From Octopus vulgaris (Eukaryota), in NCBI GenBank assembly GCA_951406725.2, contig OX597830.1:31000001-31064000 (forward strand): a DNA stretch of 64,000 nucleotides. The letters run 5' to 3'. Shown in pieces: positions 13,392 to 27,590 of this stretch. Each line of letters opens with the position of its first letter. Within the stretch, counting starts at the first letter, position 1. Under the pieces are notes generated by a model. That model made no database searches. It had not been told where the DNA came from and worked only from the letters and a program-made list of their open reading frames with translations. Made by a program: the position numbers and the translations under genes.

Positions 13392-14961
13392 CTTATGTAT
13401 ACATGCATGCAAAGACATACATACATAGATATATGTATATAAATGAGAGAGCGGGTAAGGACTCATACAAAGAAATATAGTGATGAAGCCAGACAGCCAA
13501 ACGTCTTTGCATGTATTTGTATAATTAACACATACACACACATATATACACAACAATGCACACCAGAAGGCTTAAATGCTGTGAATCTTCATATCTTACA
13601 TGTGTTTCTATTTTGACGACATCCATCTAGGAGATGATGTTTGGTGCTTAGGTGTGAATGTATACATACATTTGTAGCACGATTGTGTTTCAATTAAGAA
13701 AGCTAGGTGTGAACCAAGAAGACTCCGGCCATTGGAACAAGGCCAAAACCATTGCAAGAGTAGGTGTACAATTGTTTGAAATGACCTGAGCCTATCACTC
13801 GTACAGATTTCGTTGACTCTTGAAAGATATAAAGTAAAGTCTGGTCATGGAAGGATTTGAATTTAAATGCCAAGAGATGAAACTACATCTTTCGTATCTA
13901 TTTACTGTTTGTACCATCCTGTAAAAAAAAAAAACTGAGAACCCCTTCTGCACAGCAATCAAACTGTGTGTCTCTTTTGTTGACTGGAGTAGTTCTACAA
14001 ACTGCTATATCAGCAGGGAGATTGCCATTAATAATAACAATAACAACAACAACAACAACAATAATAATAATAATAATAGGAACTATAATAATAAAATACA
14101 TAATTTACTGACAGTTTAAAAGGTAAAGACAAAAAACACAAGCTGAACTTGTGTTTCTTGACAATGGCATAGAACACCCCACCTCCCTTGTTGTGTGACA
14201 GCAGTTTAGAAAGTGGTAATTAAAGATGGACCAATGCTGATCTTTGCATTACAACTTGATAAGGCTTTGGTGGATGAGTGGGGGTGAGTGAAAAGTGATG
14301 GGGGTGGAGGTGGGAGAGAGAGAGAGAGAGAGCAGTAAGCTTAACAGTAAGGGTAATGAAAACTGCAAGAGAAGTGCAATGCAAATTTGACTTTCACTCC
14401 ACTCATCTGGCAGTCAATGCTACCGTCACCATAACCACTAGCCACAACAACAATGACAACTATTGGCAAAATAGGAGCCTTTATGCGGTCTGTAGAAATA
14501 GCAGCCAAATATTCTTCACATCACATCCAAGTGTCTTAAAATATGAACGAACACTTTAGATGATGTATCCAAGATACTAATATGTCCTTTGGGTTGATAT
14601 GGAGGTAACGACTAAACATAAGAAATGAATCGATCTTCCTAACCAAGAACTGATCTATCATTAATAACCTTAATAAAGACCAGCAATGAGGTCATGTGGA
14701 TGAACAGCAAAGCTGATATAGTGTGGGGAAAGGTAAAGTGGGGGTAAAAATTTAAGATATTCCTTATAATCATCAAATTTCATAGCTGTCAGATTGATGA
14801 AATGCAGTTGTGCTATTCAGAGATACTCCTGATGTCTTTGGTCATCTTTGGTTCTGTCATCTTCACACTGGGACCAAGGCAAATTAGCTATGTCCATGAG
14901 TGTCTATGCATGTGTGTGTGTGTGTATGTGTGTGCGCATGTGTATATTTCTTCTTTGCTCA

Positions 14962-15154
14962 CCTTGAAGGAAGGTGAAGAAGAGGCAGACAAAAAGGAAA
15001 TTCTGGTCTTACAAGGACTGGACAGGTCTTGATATTATACACCCTCTGCATGTGGATGGCAGTCAGAGCTCAATCATGATTGCTGACTACCAGAGAATCT
15101 GGAGTGGTGCTCTAACAATTAGCTGTGCCAGTCAGTGGAAGATGATGATGATGA
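14962..15154 (+). mobile_element. 5'-truncated RTE LINE 3' end
   Basis: LEGR*RRGRQ..RKFWSYKDWTGLD matches the RTE C-terminal EG.RRRGR..K.W...K.WTGL motif; ends in a (GAT)n tail. Confidence 0.7.
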
Positions 15155-17355
15155 ACTTTTAGTTAAAGAAACATGGTCTCAGAAGAAATACACGTGTTTC
15201 AATACATATTCCATCCCATCTCAGGTCACTTAGTTACATTTCTGCAAGATCAAACTTCTTCTGTAAAAGAACATACAATCTACATTTACACTGTAGCGAG
15301 CCCTTTAACTGAGTTGCGGTCTTCTTGAATTTTATTCAAGAACTACAGTGTGGGGAGTGAGAGAGATTTATATAGAAGAAAAGCATGTTTCATGTATCAG
15401 TGTTTTATCAAGTGCATGTGTTTATGCATTGAACTATAAATGTGTATGTGTGTGAGCATTTATGTCTGTGTTCACATGCTCATGTGTGTTTCTGAATGTG
15501 TTTGCATGTGTTAAATTGTATGTTTGTATATGTTCATTTATGTGTGATTGTATTTGTGTTTATACCCAAATGCATATGCATTTGTGTATAAGAGTGAACA
15601 TGTGTCTAAATGTCAAGTTGTATGAGCATATCTCCCCACTCCAACCTCTTTTATTTCTCCTTATTTTTGTTAGTAAAAATATACACAGACAAGGAAAATG
15701 ACAAACTTTTCAAAGATGGCAAGGGCCAAGGTGTGGTGTGTAGAAAGAAGTGAAGCAGAGTGGAGTGAGAAGGTGACTGTGAGAGAGGATGAACAATGAG
15801 CAATAAGAAAACAGCCTTAAAGTCTAGTGAATGTGTAACTGGGGAGAGTATACTACCTTACCACCAACCCAACTTATACACAGGGTCTCACCTTCTAGTA
15901 AAATAACAGAGATATATTCATACTGGACCACACCCTAAGCAAACCACCCTTTTCCATCCTTAAAGTCCTCTGCAAATACAGAACAGTGGGGCTTTATAAG
16001 GTGGTGGTGGCTGGGAAAATGCAGAAAAAGAAGTGATTAAGGCATCCCCCATATACACAAATGAGATCAAATGGTTGCTTGATATGTTAGAAATAACAGC
16101 CAAATCTCCCTCGAAGTAAGTACACCCTACTGTCTTAAAAATTCATTTGGGTGATACAATCAACATCAAAAACAACGATGGAACAAAGAAGCTTCTAATT
16201 GGTTAACCAGTATGCTAGAAACAATAAATAGGTTTCATTCAAATTGTGCCATACCACCTTGAATGCATTGGATAGTGTGGTCCGACATATGATGTTTGAA
16301 AGAAGATAGGCAGGACAACCACAGCAAGATCAGAGCTAATCAGGAGCAATAAAGCCAAAACAACAAAAACAACAAAGTAAATGAAACTATCACAAATGCA
16401 TACATAAGCATGAGGACACGCATGAACACAAATTTGTGTAAGTCCATGCATATACATAAGCATACAGCTCAACACATATACACACACACACAGACAAAAT
16501 ATAAACCAGTAGCTGCACCTTCTCACATACACACACACACACATGCATATGTATGCACATGTATACACACATATTGTAGCTAACTTGTACAGTGGATAGT
16601 GGAGAGTCTGGAAAAGTCAAGACATCACTTGAATGGGGGTATTTAATTTAAGAGCCAGTACAATTGGAAAATTTCAGCCTGGGCCAATATATATAACAGT
16701 CACAGTCATTCTCGGTTTCTCAGGGTTATCACAAAATATTGTTACAAGAAAACTGGAGGTAGAACTGACAGGGAGGAATTGGTGCTGAGCACGATAATTT
16801 AATTCAAGACTCATTTCATCATGATACTGTGGAATATCTAACAAGATATCAACTAGAATTTTCAGATCAGGAGATGAAAATCTTCATTGGAGTGGGGTGG
16901 GAATATGTGAACCAAGACAATAGATTAAAAACAAAATAAAAACCAAAAAGAAAGAAAAAAAACTAAACAAAATAGGGACTCCTGTCTTACATTACATTAT
17001 ACTTGTATAAGACTAGCTTCATGTTATGATTATGATATGGAGCTGAGAAGAGGGTTATGAGAACATCTCATATATCAGTGAGTATGATGCACATGTGTGT
17101 GTGTGTGTGTGTGTGTAGGAATATGTATATAATACAGGATATATATGAGTAGACTTCATCCCCTCTAACTGTATTTTTTTAGTGTTTATACACAACACAC
17201 ACACACACATCTGAGAATCTATATATTGTTTGAATATGTAAAAAGAAGAAAACAAAACAGATTGGTGTACATGTGTGTGGTAGGTAGATAAATATACATA
17301 CAATTGTGCACACACACACACACACACACATGTATATGTGTGTGTGTGTGTGTGC

Positions 17356-17388
<33 letters not shown>

Positions 17389-18322
17389 TATATTTGTGAA
17401 TATATGATACCTAGACTAAACTTTCATCACAGTCATTATAATTTCACATACATCTCTTAACAGAGATTTCGCAAGCACAACACACACACACACACACGCT
17501 ACGACTATCACCACCGCCAACACCACCACCACCACCATCATGCCACCCAAACACCAGAGGGTGAAAGACAAATAAAAGCCAGGAGTTGTGCCACAGCTTC
17601 AATAACATGACTTGAAGAGTTTTGTTGCTGTCTTTAGAAAAATGTATGTGTGTGTGTGTATTTGTGTATTGGATGGGAGGTTTGGATAGAAGCATTCCAG
17701 ATGTTGGTGGCTATTTCATATGTGAGGGAATGATATTTGGGGCTTTGTGCGTATATCTGTTTGTATTTGCCAAGATCTGTGCGTGTTTATGTGCGTGCGT
17801 ATATAAACATGTGCATATATTAATTAGATTGTGTATGTGCTTATGTGATTTAATGAGTTTGTGTTTGAGAGCGAGTATGCGTATGATTGGAGCATAAAAG
17901 AACACAATGTGTACACACACACACACAAATGTGTGTGTGTGCATGTTTGTAAGTGAAATACAAATATATATGTACATATGAACGTGTGCTAAATAATACT
18001 CTTTCCTTCTCCTTTACACACACACACATCTATCTATACACGCACCTACACTTCTGAAAGTCTTAGTGAAGATCAAACCCATTTAGCTTGCCCTTTGTAA
18101 GGTTCCACAAGAAATGCCACCCTGGCAGTAACTTTTGTTTATTCAACTCCTCACCACCACAACTACCAGTACAGTTGCCATCCACTCACCACCCCCTCCA
18201 TACATATGTACAATATACTTGATAAATGCCTAGGTCTATAAACAGTAGAAGCTTCTGTATATAATTAAATAAATCTGAAGAACAGCTCAGATAAGTGTGT
18301 AAATAGACTGCTCAGCCATACA

Positions 18323-18369
<47 letters not shown>

Positions 18370-19755
18370 TAAGACCAGCAGAATTAGCACACCAATATAG
18401 GTAAAAATGTTGGAAGTAAATGTTTTAAGTTTTATGCTGTTTAATTAACAGCCTCACAGCTTCACATATCTGAGTTCAAATCTTGTTTGCATCAGAAATG
18501 GCTGTGCAATGATATTTTTCCCTGTGCAATGATATTCTGACCACCAATGCAACTATAATAAGAAAATTAGATAGATAAGAAAACGGGGCATAAATAATCT
18601 CTGCTGAAATAGGATGTTGCATGTTTAGCTTTCGGTCATCTCTGGTCGTTCAGAACCATAATGAAACCCAGGTCACCCAGTCTTTTCAAGCACAGACTAT
18701 CCCAGACAATTCTAAATGTTCCCTCATCAAAACAAATCACTCTAAACCTATCAACCTACCATGTGAAATCAAGTATTATGTAAGAGCAATCAAATATTAT
18801 TATCAATTAACATTCAAAATTCATGTTCCATAACTGGCATGGGTTGGACAGTTTGACAAGGACAAACAGGTTTCACAAGTTGGGATTGGCCGAATGATAT
18901 TTTTAAAGTTCTTGTCTGCCATTAGCCTTTGTTGTTTGCAAGACCCCAATGATTATTAAGACAGATTAGGATCCCATAACACAGACAAAAAAGTCAAGAT
19001 TAAATAGTTGTTTTCATTGTTTAACCCCGAGCCAATTCTAGTCAGACTTAATTTGTGATCGAAGTCATTCCACCACGACTACTCCTGGACAATATCTAAT
19101 TTATTCTATATGATGGTCAGAGTTCCTCCTGGGTCTGAAACCACTGGACACAATGAAGCATTGACCATAATTCCCACAATAAATGTTACTCTACAAATGT
19201 AACGAGTTCTCTTTTTCTTAAAGACAGTATAAATACCCAATACACCCTTATACACACACACACTTTACAGACCTGAGCAAATATATAAAAAATACTAAAA
19301 GATATACTTGGTGTTTGTGGTAATAATCTAATACATGAAAATGTATATGATTCTGTGAGATGAGAGTCTATGTATATACATAGTGAATGTGTGTGTGTGA
19401 GTGTAAGTACACCAATATATAAATGCTTATAAACACACAAATATACATCTAATATATATATATATATATATGTATATATGCACACACACACATCTAATAA
19501 TATATATAGAGAGAGAGACATGCCTCCTAAGTAATTGAAAGACAGAAATTACACAAACACATGGACATACACATGGAACCAAGCTAGCATGTGGTAAATT
19601 TCTCCTACCCACACACTCTGTAAAACAACACAGAGATAGGGCTGTTAACTGAACACTAATTAAAAGAACACACACACAGACACATAAATTAGTGCCACAA
19701 GTTTACTGCTGTAGACTGGTAATGTACTTATTTATTTTGAAGCAGTGATATATAT

Positions 19756-19823
<68 letters not shown>

Positions 19824-20748
19824 GAGAGAGAGAGAGAGAGAGATGCACACACATATACATGTGTGTGTATATGTTTATAGTTCACAGAAATAATTTAATG
19901 AGGAAAAATATAAGAAATAAGATTAAGAAGGGATATGCTGTGCAGCTAATTAGCTGCATTGAAGCAAGTACCTGAATAACAACATAGAGAGGTTTATATA
20001 ACACTTACACACACACACACTAGTATAAATCCCTCACTCAAACAACCCCACCTCTCTCTTTTAATAATCATGGCAACATTTGGGGGCAAATGGGAACAGG
20101 ATAGGAGGGTGACTCAATCTCTAGTATTTGAAGGATAATGACTTTAGTGTCAATGATAAATGTGGACAGCATAACTAGCCGTTCTGCAAAGATTTGAACT
20201 CAGAAATGTGAGGCGGCAAGGTGGCAAAACTAGAAAACAGATATCTTTGTTAGATCCCATTGGCAGCCTTAATAAATGACCAAATACTTTCAAAAGAGAA
20301 AGCAAATTCATCTGGGATAAGTGGAGTTCATGAACTGGTTTAGATTATTTAAAATGTTTACTGAAACAAAACAACCATCTCCTGTCTTCCTTGAAGCGAA
20401 CAGAGTTAGCTGGGAGTCTCTGGTTATGTGCGAATGGGTTTGATTAGAAGATATTGGATTATGAGGCTTTAATTGAAAGAAAGTGCATATATATTTATAT
20501 ATATATATACGCTCGCATACTTATATGTATGATGGAGTTTATTCATTGAGAAAAGTATGTGATTCACTAAAAGACCAACTTATTGAATTAGTACACAAAG
20601 TGGCTGAACATTCCACATATGTATACCAATAATGCAATTCCAAAGCAGATAACAAGGATGGACTTTTGAATTTGAATAACATTTTATCTGACAGTCTCTG
20701 TCAACCCATGGCTGTGGTAAAAGACATTTGCTCAAGATGTCCCATTAA

Positions 20749-20780
<32 letters not shown>

Positions 20781-23700
20781 CTCCACCAAATATCATATAC
20801 GCAACAATTAGCTTAATTTTTTGATAGAGCAAGAAAAAATAAATTCTCTGTGTTCTTCATTTTTCACCTTTTTTTAAAGGCACATATCTTCTTTCTGATA
20901 TCTTACTATCATCAATATTTTCTCCCTCTTTTTTCTTTTAAACTTTATCGAACTTCAAATTCTAGTCCCGCTCTGTATTTCAATGTATGAATTTTGTGTA
21001 TGAGTGTTTGTGTATCTGTGAGCGTGTGGTGCATGCACATGTCCTCATACATGCATATACAATCACGTGCACAAATATATACGAATTCAAAGCAGAAGAA
21101 CTATCCAGCCAAATTTGATATAATGAAGCCAAAATCAGAAAAATGTATATATTTATATTTTATTTATGCGTGTGGTCTTTTTCATTTCAAGAATTTTCTT
21201 TTTTGGTTTTTGTTTTCTCATATTTTTAATATCCTATATTAAAAGATATTTCCAGGCTACTGGCAGGAATGGGTGGGGCAGAGAGCTTCTGTAATGATTT
21301 GATGCCATCGAGGAAGAGAAGGGGGGGGGGGGGCAATGCAAAAAGAAATTAGCCAAAAGAATTAGCAGTTTAAGAAATAAGTGAGTAATTTAGATTTATT
21401 TATTAACCTTTTTTTTCTTTTTTTTCCCTTTCTATTTCTGTTTTGCTCCCTACTCTCCTATTTTTCTAATTTTCTTTTGATTTATTATTTTTTAATTCAG
21501 GACTTTAAAAAAAAAAAAAAAAAAATATCCTCTTCTTCTCCTCCTTCTCTTCCTCCACCCTCCTGTTTCATCTTATCTTTAAGCCTCTCCCAACCCACTC
21601 TTGTCATCTTCTCAACATCCTGTAGGAATTATTATTAACTCAAAATGTTGAAAAACTAAAATGAAATAAAATGGAGAATAAAATTTCATTCAAATTGCTG
21701 TTGTTGCAGAGGAAAATGAGTCACTTGTTAAGCTCTGGAGTGTAATTATCAACAATATACAAGAAGTACATGGCACAAGACTGGTTCATCGCTTACAAAA
21801 CCATAAAGAGTAAAGGCCGCTATACTTTAGACTTGACAGTTTCAAATCTCAGAAGTCTACCTTTCCCCTGCACAAAACACAAACAGCTCTCCTTCTCTTT
21901 ATTTATGAATAAAGCGTTCTTTATATGTATGTATGTGTGTGTGTGTATGTGTATGTATGGATGCGTGTGATATTGTATGAGGGAATTATTTGTTCATATG
22001 AGCCTGAACAAGCCAAATAAATGTATAAATATATTTTAAAAAGTATAGTTATATAATAAAAAAATCTGTATAATTTACACACATATATATATATGTATAT
22101 AAGTGTGTGTGGTGGGGTGCATGTGTGAAAGATTTTAGTCATGGTCAAATTAAGAAAAAAATCAAGATCATACTAGGAGGGGACAGATGGAGGAGGAGGA
22201 GGAAGAGAGATAGCAGCATCAGTAGTAGTAGCAGTAGTAGTAGTAGTAGTAGTAGTAGTAGCAGCAGCAGCAGAGACAGGTGTTCTGAAGGCATGGGATG
22301 AGAGCTGTAGATTGTCCTAAGCTAAAATGGTATGACAGACAGAAGGTGTGATAAGAATGGCTGGTAGGAAATATATAAACATGAGAGAGAGAGAGAGAGA
22401 GAGATATGTAGAGAGAGGACATTCAATGGAAATCTGTTTTTTTCTCTTTTAGCCAGAAGACACAGACAAGAGACCAGTGGCAAACAATGAGCAGCAAATG
22501 TTAAGTTAATTTAAAATACCAATAAGCCAAATGAGGGAACCTTTATAGTCTGTTGACAATCTAGAAATAGTAGCCAGATCACTTTCAAATAACATATTAG
22601 TGGTAATGGTTTCAAAAAAAAAAACATTGTCCAAGGTACAAAAGGACAGAATGACCATGGTGAAATACCTTTGATTATGAATAAAGCTTGCTCAGGCAGT
22701 ACTGAAATGAATGCTTAACAACAAAAACAACAAGGTAAATTTCCTAATGTGATGCAAGAGTCTGATGGATAGATCAAGTTAGACTTACAGACAGAGCTAC
22801 AAGCATAGCAAATGAATTAAACTAGCAGTGAAAAGAAAAGATTAAAATAAATTTACAAATTTTTACAGTCATTCTCTAATTTTGTCAGACTAGATAACCC
22901 CCCCCCAAAAAAAAAGTGTATTTATTCATTTATGTCTTCCTGTTGACTAGAATTGAATCAGTTATATAAGAAATATACAACATATATATATATATATATA
23001 TATGATGCTGTTCCTTAGATGCAGATTTAAATGATTAGATTTTACCAAGTCCACCAACTTTGACACATTTTAACTATTATAAAAGAAAACGAAAGTGGGG
23101 AAAAAATGGCAAAGACATGCATACACACATGTAATACACTCACAGACACACAAACACACAGAGACAAGTGTGTACACGTATATATACACACAGAAATACT
23201 AATAGGATTTACAAAAGCCAAAACAGCAAATAGTAGGAGATTAGTGAGGCTGGTTCAAAACGAAACTATACAAAGAGCAACTGGCATGATAAAAACTAAT
23301 AATACCCAGAGCTCTTAGTAAAAAAAAAAAAATGTAATTAGAGTTAATTGGTGATTGATGCCGAAAGATAAAAGAAAAGAAAAAGAAAGAAGGAGAGAAA
23401 ACGATCTATGGAACGAGGATGGTGATAGGGAAGGAAAGCTTTTTCTTCTTATTCTTACAGGAATTTGGAGATAATTCCCAGACAGTTGAGATTAACAGTG
23501 CAGTTAAAGACACAACAAAAGAGCAATAAAATGAGTGGGTATCATGTGTTTGTGTACGTATATATGTGTATACATACATATGTATGTGTGTGTGCATATA
23601 TAATATATATGTATATACTACATGCACATATACACAGTACAGTTATGTATATATGTGTGTGGTTGTGTGCATATATATATATATATATATTGTATGCATA

Positions 23701-24117
23701 CATACACAACACAGAGGAAGTTAAAATGTAAATATATGTGTGAGTAACTGTATGTGTGCATATATAATATACACACATGTAGACAAACACATGTGTGTGT
23801 ACACATACACATACTAGAGAAGCCAAAGAAAATCAAGAAAAAAGTTCATACAAAGTAAAAGTTGAGAATACAAACTGTAAGATAGGATGGGGGGAGGGGC
23901 ATAATGAATTCACAAGCATCATCATCATCAGTATCATATCACTAAAAGTACTGACAAAGACATACAGCCATACAAGCACCCTCTACGATACAAAAGGAGG
24001 AAATGATGCTTTCTATGATTCCTTTGGGATGAGAGAAGAGAGGTCGGGAGAGATATTTCAATGTTGTTGTGCATAGTTCAACTGATACTTATTTCAGAAT
24101 TCTCTTTGAGTATATAC

Positions 24118-24241
24118 TCTGCGGAGTGGTTGGCATTAGGAAGGGCATGCAGCCATAGAAACCAAGTCAAAATAGACTGGAGCCTGGTGCAGCTTTAACC
24201 CATGCCAGCATGGAACACAGATGCTAAATGATGATGATGAC
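24118..24241 (+). mobile_element. Retroposon 3' end with (GAT)n tail
   Basis: ggttggcattaggaagggcat.cagcc.tagaaacc...aacccatgccagcatggaa...aaatgatgatgatga; reverse fragment at about 18835. Confidence 0.7.
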
Positions 24242-24272
24242 GAATGATATATACACACACGCACAGGATATA

Positions 24273-25127
24273 CAGGGTGCAATGGATAAATTGTTGCTAT
24301 TTTATATTTTTAATTTCATGCAAGTGCATTGTTTGTTTTTGACTTTATCAACTACACAGAATTGTAGGGTCAGTTGGACATTGTCTGTGAGAAAAACAGA
24401 ATTCCCTCAGTCAAAAATTTGGAAACGGCATGCTGCACTGCTTGGCATTAACGCTGGAAGCTCCAATACAAACATTTCAAGAGTGTTTGGGTGTCAAGCT
24501 GATGACATGTACCGCAAATGATAAAAATCAAATATCCAATCAACGTCATGGTGTTTGGAGTGATCACCAGGGATGGCAACATTATGCCTCCATTCATCTT
24601 CCCACACAGCCTCAAACTCAACATGGAGGCCTACAACAAGTGCCTGGAAGAGATAGTGTTGCCCTGGGTCAGGAGGGTAGCTTCTGGAAGACCCTGTGCC
24701 TGGCAACAGGACTCTGCACCATGCCACAAAAGCAGGAGAACCCAGTCATGGCTGTCAGCCATTTTCTGTGACCATATCACCGCTAACATCTAGCCACCTG
24801 ACTTCTCAGACTGCAACCCCCCTTGATTATTGTGTGAGGGGCACAGTTGAGCAAGAGACCAACAAAACTCCTTGATGAACTGAAGACAAGGATTACGGCA
24901 GCATTCACCAACTTAAAAAGAAGGAGACTATCCAGAAGAGTTGCAGGAAATCCCAAAGTCATCTGGAGGACGTGGTTGAAGCCAATGGTGATTTTATTGA
25001 ATAAATCTACTTGTTAGTATTTCAAAATATTTTTATGTAATTTAGGTAAATATACCCATTAAAATGAGATGTCAGTGCTTTTTTCATTTGTATGTAATTT
25101 AGATGACAGTTTATCCACTACACCCTC
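24273..25127 (+). mobile_element. Tc1/mariner DD37D (maT-type) transposon, internally deleted and inactive
   Basis: Imperfect TIRs: TA|CAGGGTGCAATGGATAAATTG at left, CAGTTTATCCACTACACCCT at right. Transposase remnant VMVFGVITRDGNIMPPFIF...WQQDSAPCH...(W>stop)PPDFSDCNPLDY has 37 residues between the 2nd and 3rd catalytic D once a TAG and a +1 C frameshift are repaired. Confidence 0.9.
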
Positions 25128-25796
25128 TGTGTGTGTGTGTGTGTATATATATAGAGAGAGAGAAGGAGAGGGGGGAGATTTATTATCAATGGTCAATCAT
25201 CTATCAGAGTTAATTGCTTTCATGCTAGAGTATATTATTGATACAACTGTTTTTATTGTATCTATACATAAAATGCACATACATGCACATAGAAATTTAT
25301 GCAATGGCTATTAGTTATAATTTTACTGTCTTCTTATTGCTTTAAAGAAAAAAAAAAAACTTAATTGTTTCAAAGGGAAGATGAGGACGATGTCATGAAG
25401 TAAAAAAGTGATCTGATCCTGATAACACACACAGGCAGGTGAGGAAAGAATGTATGGCAGCTGAATGTGTCAAGATGACAAAGAACTAGATTGATCAAAA
25501 AGAAATAAACTTGTTTGTTCGATCACTGGTATGGCATTGGGTTCATATATTAAGAGCCATCTTACCTTAGGCTACATAACTAAGGGTGCTACAGGTGATT
25601 GCTGCAAGCAATGGAGTGTCACTATATGACATGGGTAGCATGTAATAATGAAAGTGTGCAGTATAGGTATTTCACCAAATTCAAAAGATTCAATCTAGAC
25701 ACTGACAAATGCTGGAACAAACTATCAAACTTGTCTTGGATGGAAGATATTTTCTAAATATATAATTCATGAAATAAGTCTATTTACATAAAACTA

Positions 25797-26380
25797 TCTA
25801 TATACTATTAAAACTCTGCGACTGGCTTGCTTGCATGCATGCTTGTCTGTAATTTAATACAACCAAACTGGGAAAATACTCTGAAAGTAAGCACCCCTGA
25901 AATGTGAATACAAATGGAATAAAACAAGTTTCATTGAAATCAGACCAAGGATTCCTGAGATATGAAGTTTTTTGGGGGTACCATCATAAATAGCCAAAAT
26001 GGCACATAATGGGAAAATACTCCGAAAGTAACATAACTCTGAAATAGGAATGTATAATACTGTGAAAATTGTTTCCATTAATTTTATATTTACGTTATAT
26101 AACAATTCCTTTTGCATTTTTGTAGAAGTGTGCACATATGCCATAAATAAATGCTGTAACTGGAGTTCAAGTTTATCCCGGAAGTTCTATTTCTATTAGA
26201 TGAAGTAAATAATCAATAAAACCTTAGCCACGAACTTGTAAACTAGACCTATGATGGCACAAACCAGTTGAAATATTTAACTGAATCATCATAAAATTAA
26301 CTTTCATTTCAATGCAATGTCGAAATCAGCTTCAACGTTTTATAACCTGAACCGGCAGTGACATAATGGGTCATGGGTAG
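25797..26380 (+). mobile_element. Probable non-autonomous Helitron/Helentron-like element
   Basis: Starts A|TCTATATACTATTAAAA and ends ...GGGTCATGGGTAG|T (a CTAG-like end between A and T). It has an internal duplicated gggaaaatactc(t/c)gaaagtaa and an aagtttcattgaaatc...tcctgagatat motif. Confidence 0.5.
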
Positions 26381-26426
<46 letters not shown>

Positions 26427-27218
26427 CATATATATACCCAACATTCCATCCATCCTAGGAGAAGTTCCAAAATATGTCATCCCAATGTAAGATCTAATGT
26501 GGACCCTGAAGGTGAACAGATAAATCTACTGAGTTAAATTCAATCAAATTAACAACAACAAAAAAAGAAAGAATCACTTGCGGGGGGGGGGGGAACTAGC
26601 CTCAGCCAATCTCTCCTTCCTACCAGCAAACACTAGACACTCTACCATTAGCTTGACTTATACAGACATCTCTCTCTCTTCCTAACTATGTCATTCATTC
26701 AACCAAAACAACTGATGATGACAGGATGGGGGGTGGGGTAAGGGGTGAGTAAGAGGGGAATCGTTGTGCACGGAAAAGGAAAAGAATCGCTAGAAATTAA
26801 GAAACAGACAAGGAAAAAATGGTGAAAGCAGAGAAAGAAGAGAAAGAAAGAAAGTTGGATAGTGTCCAAGATTGGTTGAAGAGATAAAATCTTGTGACCA
26901 GATTTGCTATGGCTGCCAACTGTTATATGGTAGTTCCTTTATAACCGACACAGTTTCTGCTATAATCAGCCAGGAAATACCTGGTAAGCTGAAACAATTT
27001 CCAACACCTTTCATAAATGGTCATTGCACACTGATATCAGTACTACTTCATACACTGAAGATAATTCTCTTAATTTTTTTTTTGTCATTCTCTACTCTTT
27101 CTTTAATTTTTTTTTTTTTTTACAAACACCATTTCCTTTCCCTTGTATCTTTCGTCCTTCGTAATCTTCTTCCAACTCGGCATGTTTCCTTCTGTCCATC
27201 TCTCTGACTCAAACTTAC

Positions 27219-27231
27219 CACTACATGGTGA
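27219..27231 (-). CDS. Candidate 13-nt microexon TCACCATGTAGTG
   Basis: tatttgcctctatctag|TCACCATGTAGTG|GTAAGT, with a consensus donor and a TGC close to the 3' splice site. Phase 0 to 1 would link a phase-0 exon to exon 8893-9045. Confidence 0.3.
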
Positions 27232-27247
27232 CTAGATAGAGGCAAAT

Positions 27248-27590
27248 AGCTAGCTAGCTAGACAGGTAGGTAGACCGAAAGAAAGACAGACAGACAAACA
27301 GGTAGATAGACAGTTAGATAGACAGGTAGATAGACAGGTAGATAGACAAGTAGATAGACAAGTAGATAGACAAGTAGGTAGACAGATAAGTAGACAGACA
27401 GATAGATGGATAGATAGATATGTAGATAGATAGATAGATAGATAGGTAGGTGGATAGATAGATAGACAGATAGATAGGTAGGTAGGTAGATAGACAGATA
27501 GATAGGTAGGTAGATAGATAGATAGATAGGTAGGTAGGTAGATAGATAGATAGATAGATAGGAAGACAGACAGACAAACAGATAGGTATA
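27248..27590. repeat. Compound (GATA)/(GACA)/(GGTA) tetranucleotide array
   Basis: About 340 bp of directly visible tetranucleotide units. Confidence 0.95.

Noticed and set aside
19941-19958. Perfect 18-bp palindrome TGCAGCTAATTAGCTGCA with a TAATTA core
   Set aside because: One such palindrome is not improbable in 64 kb, and there is no other support.
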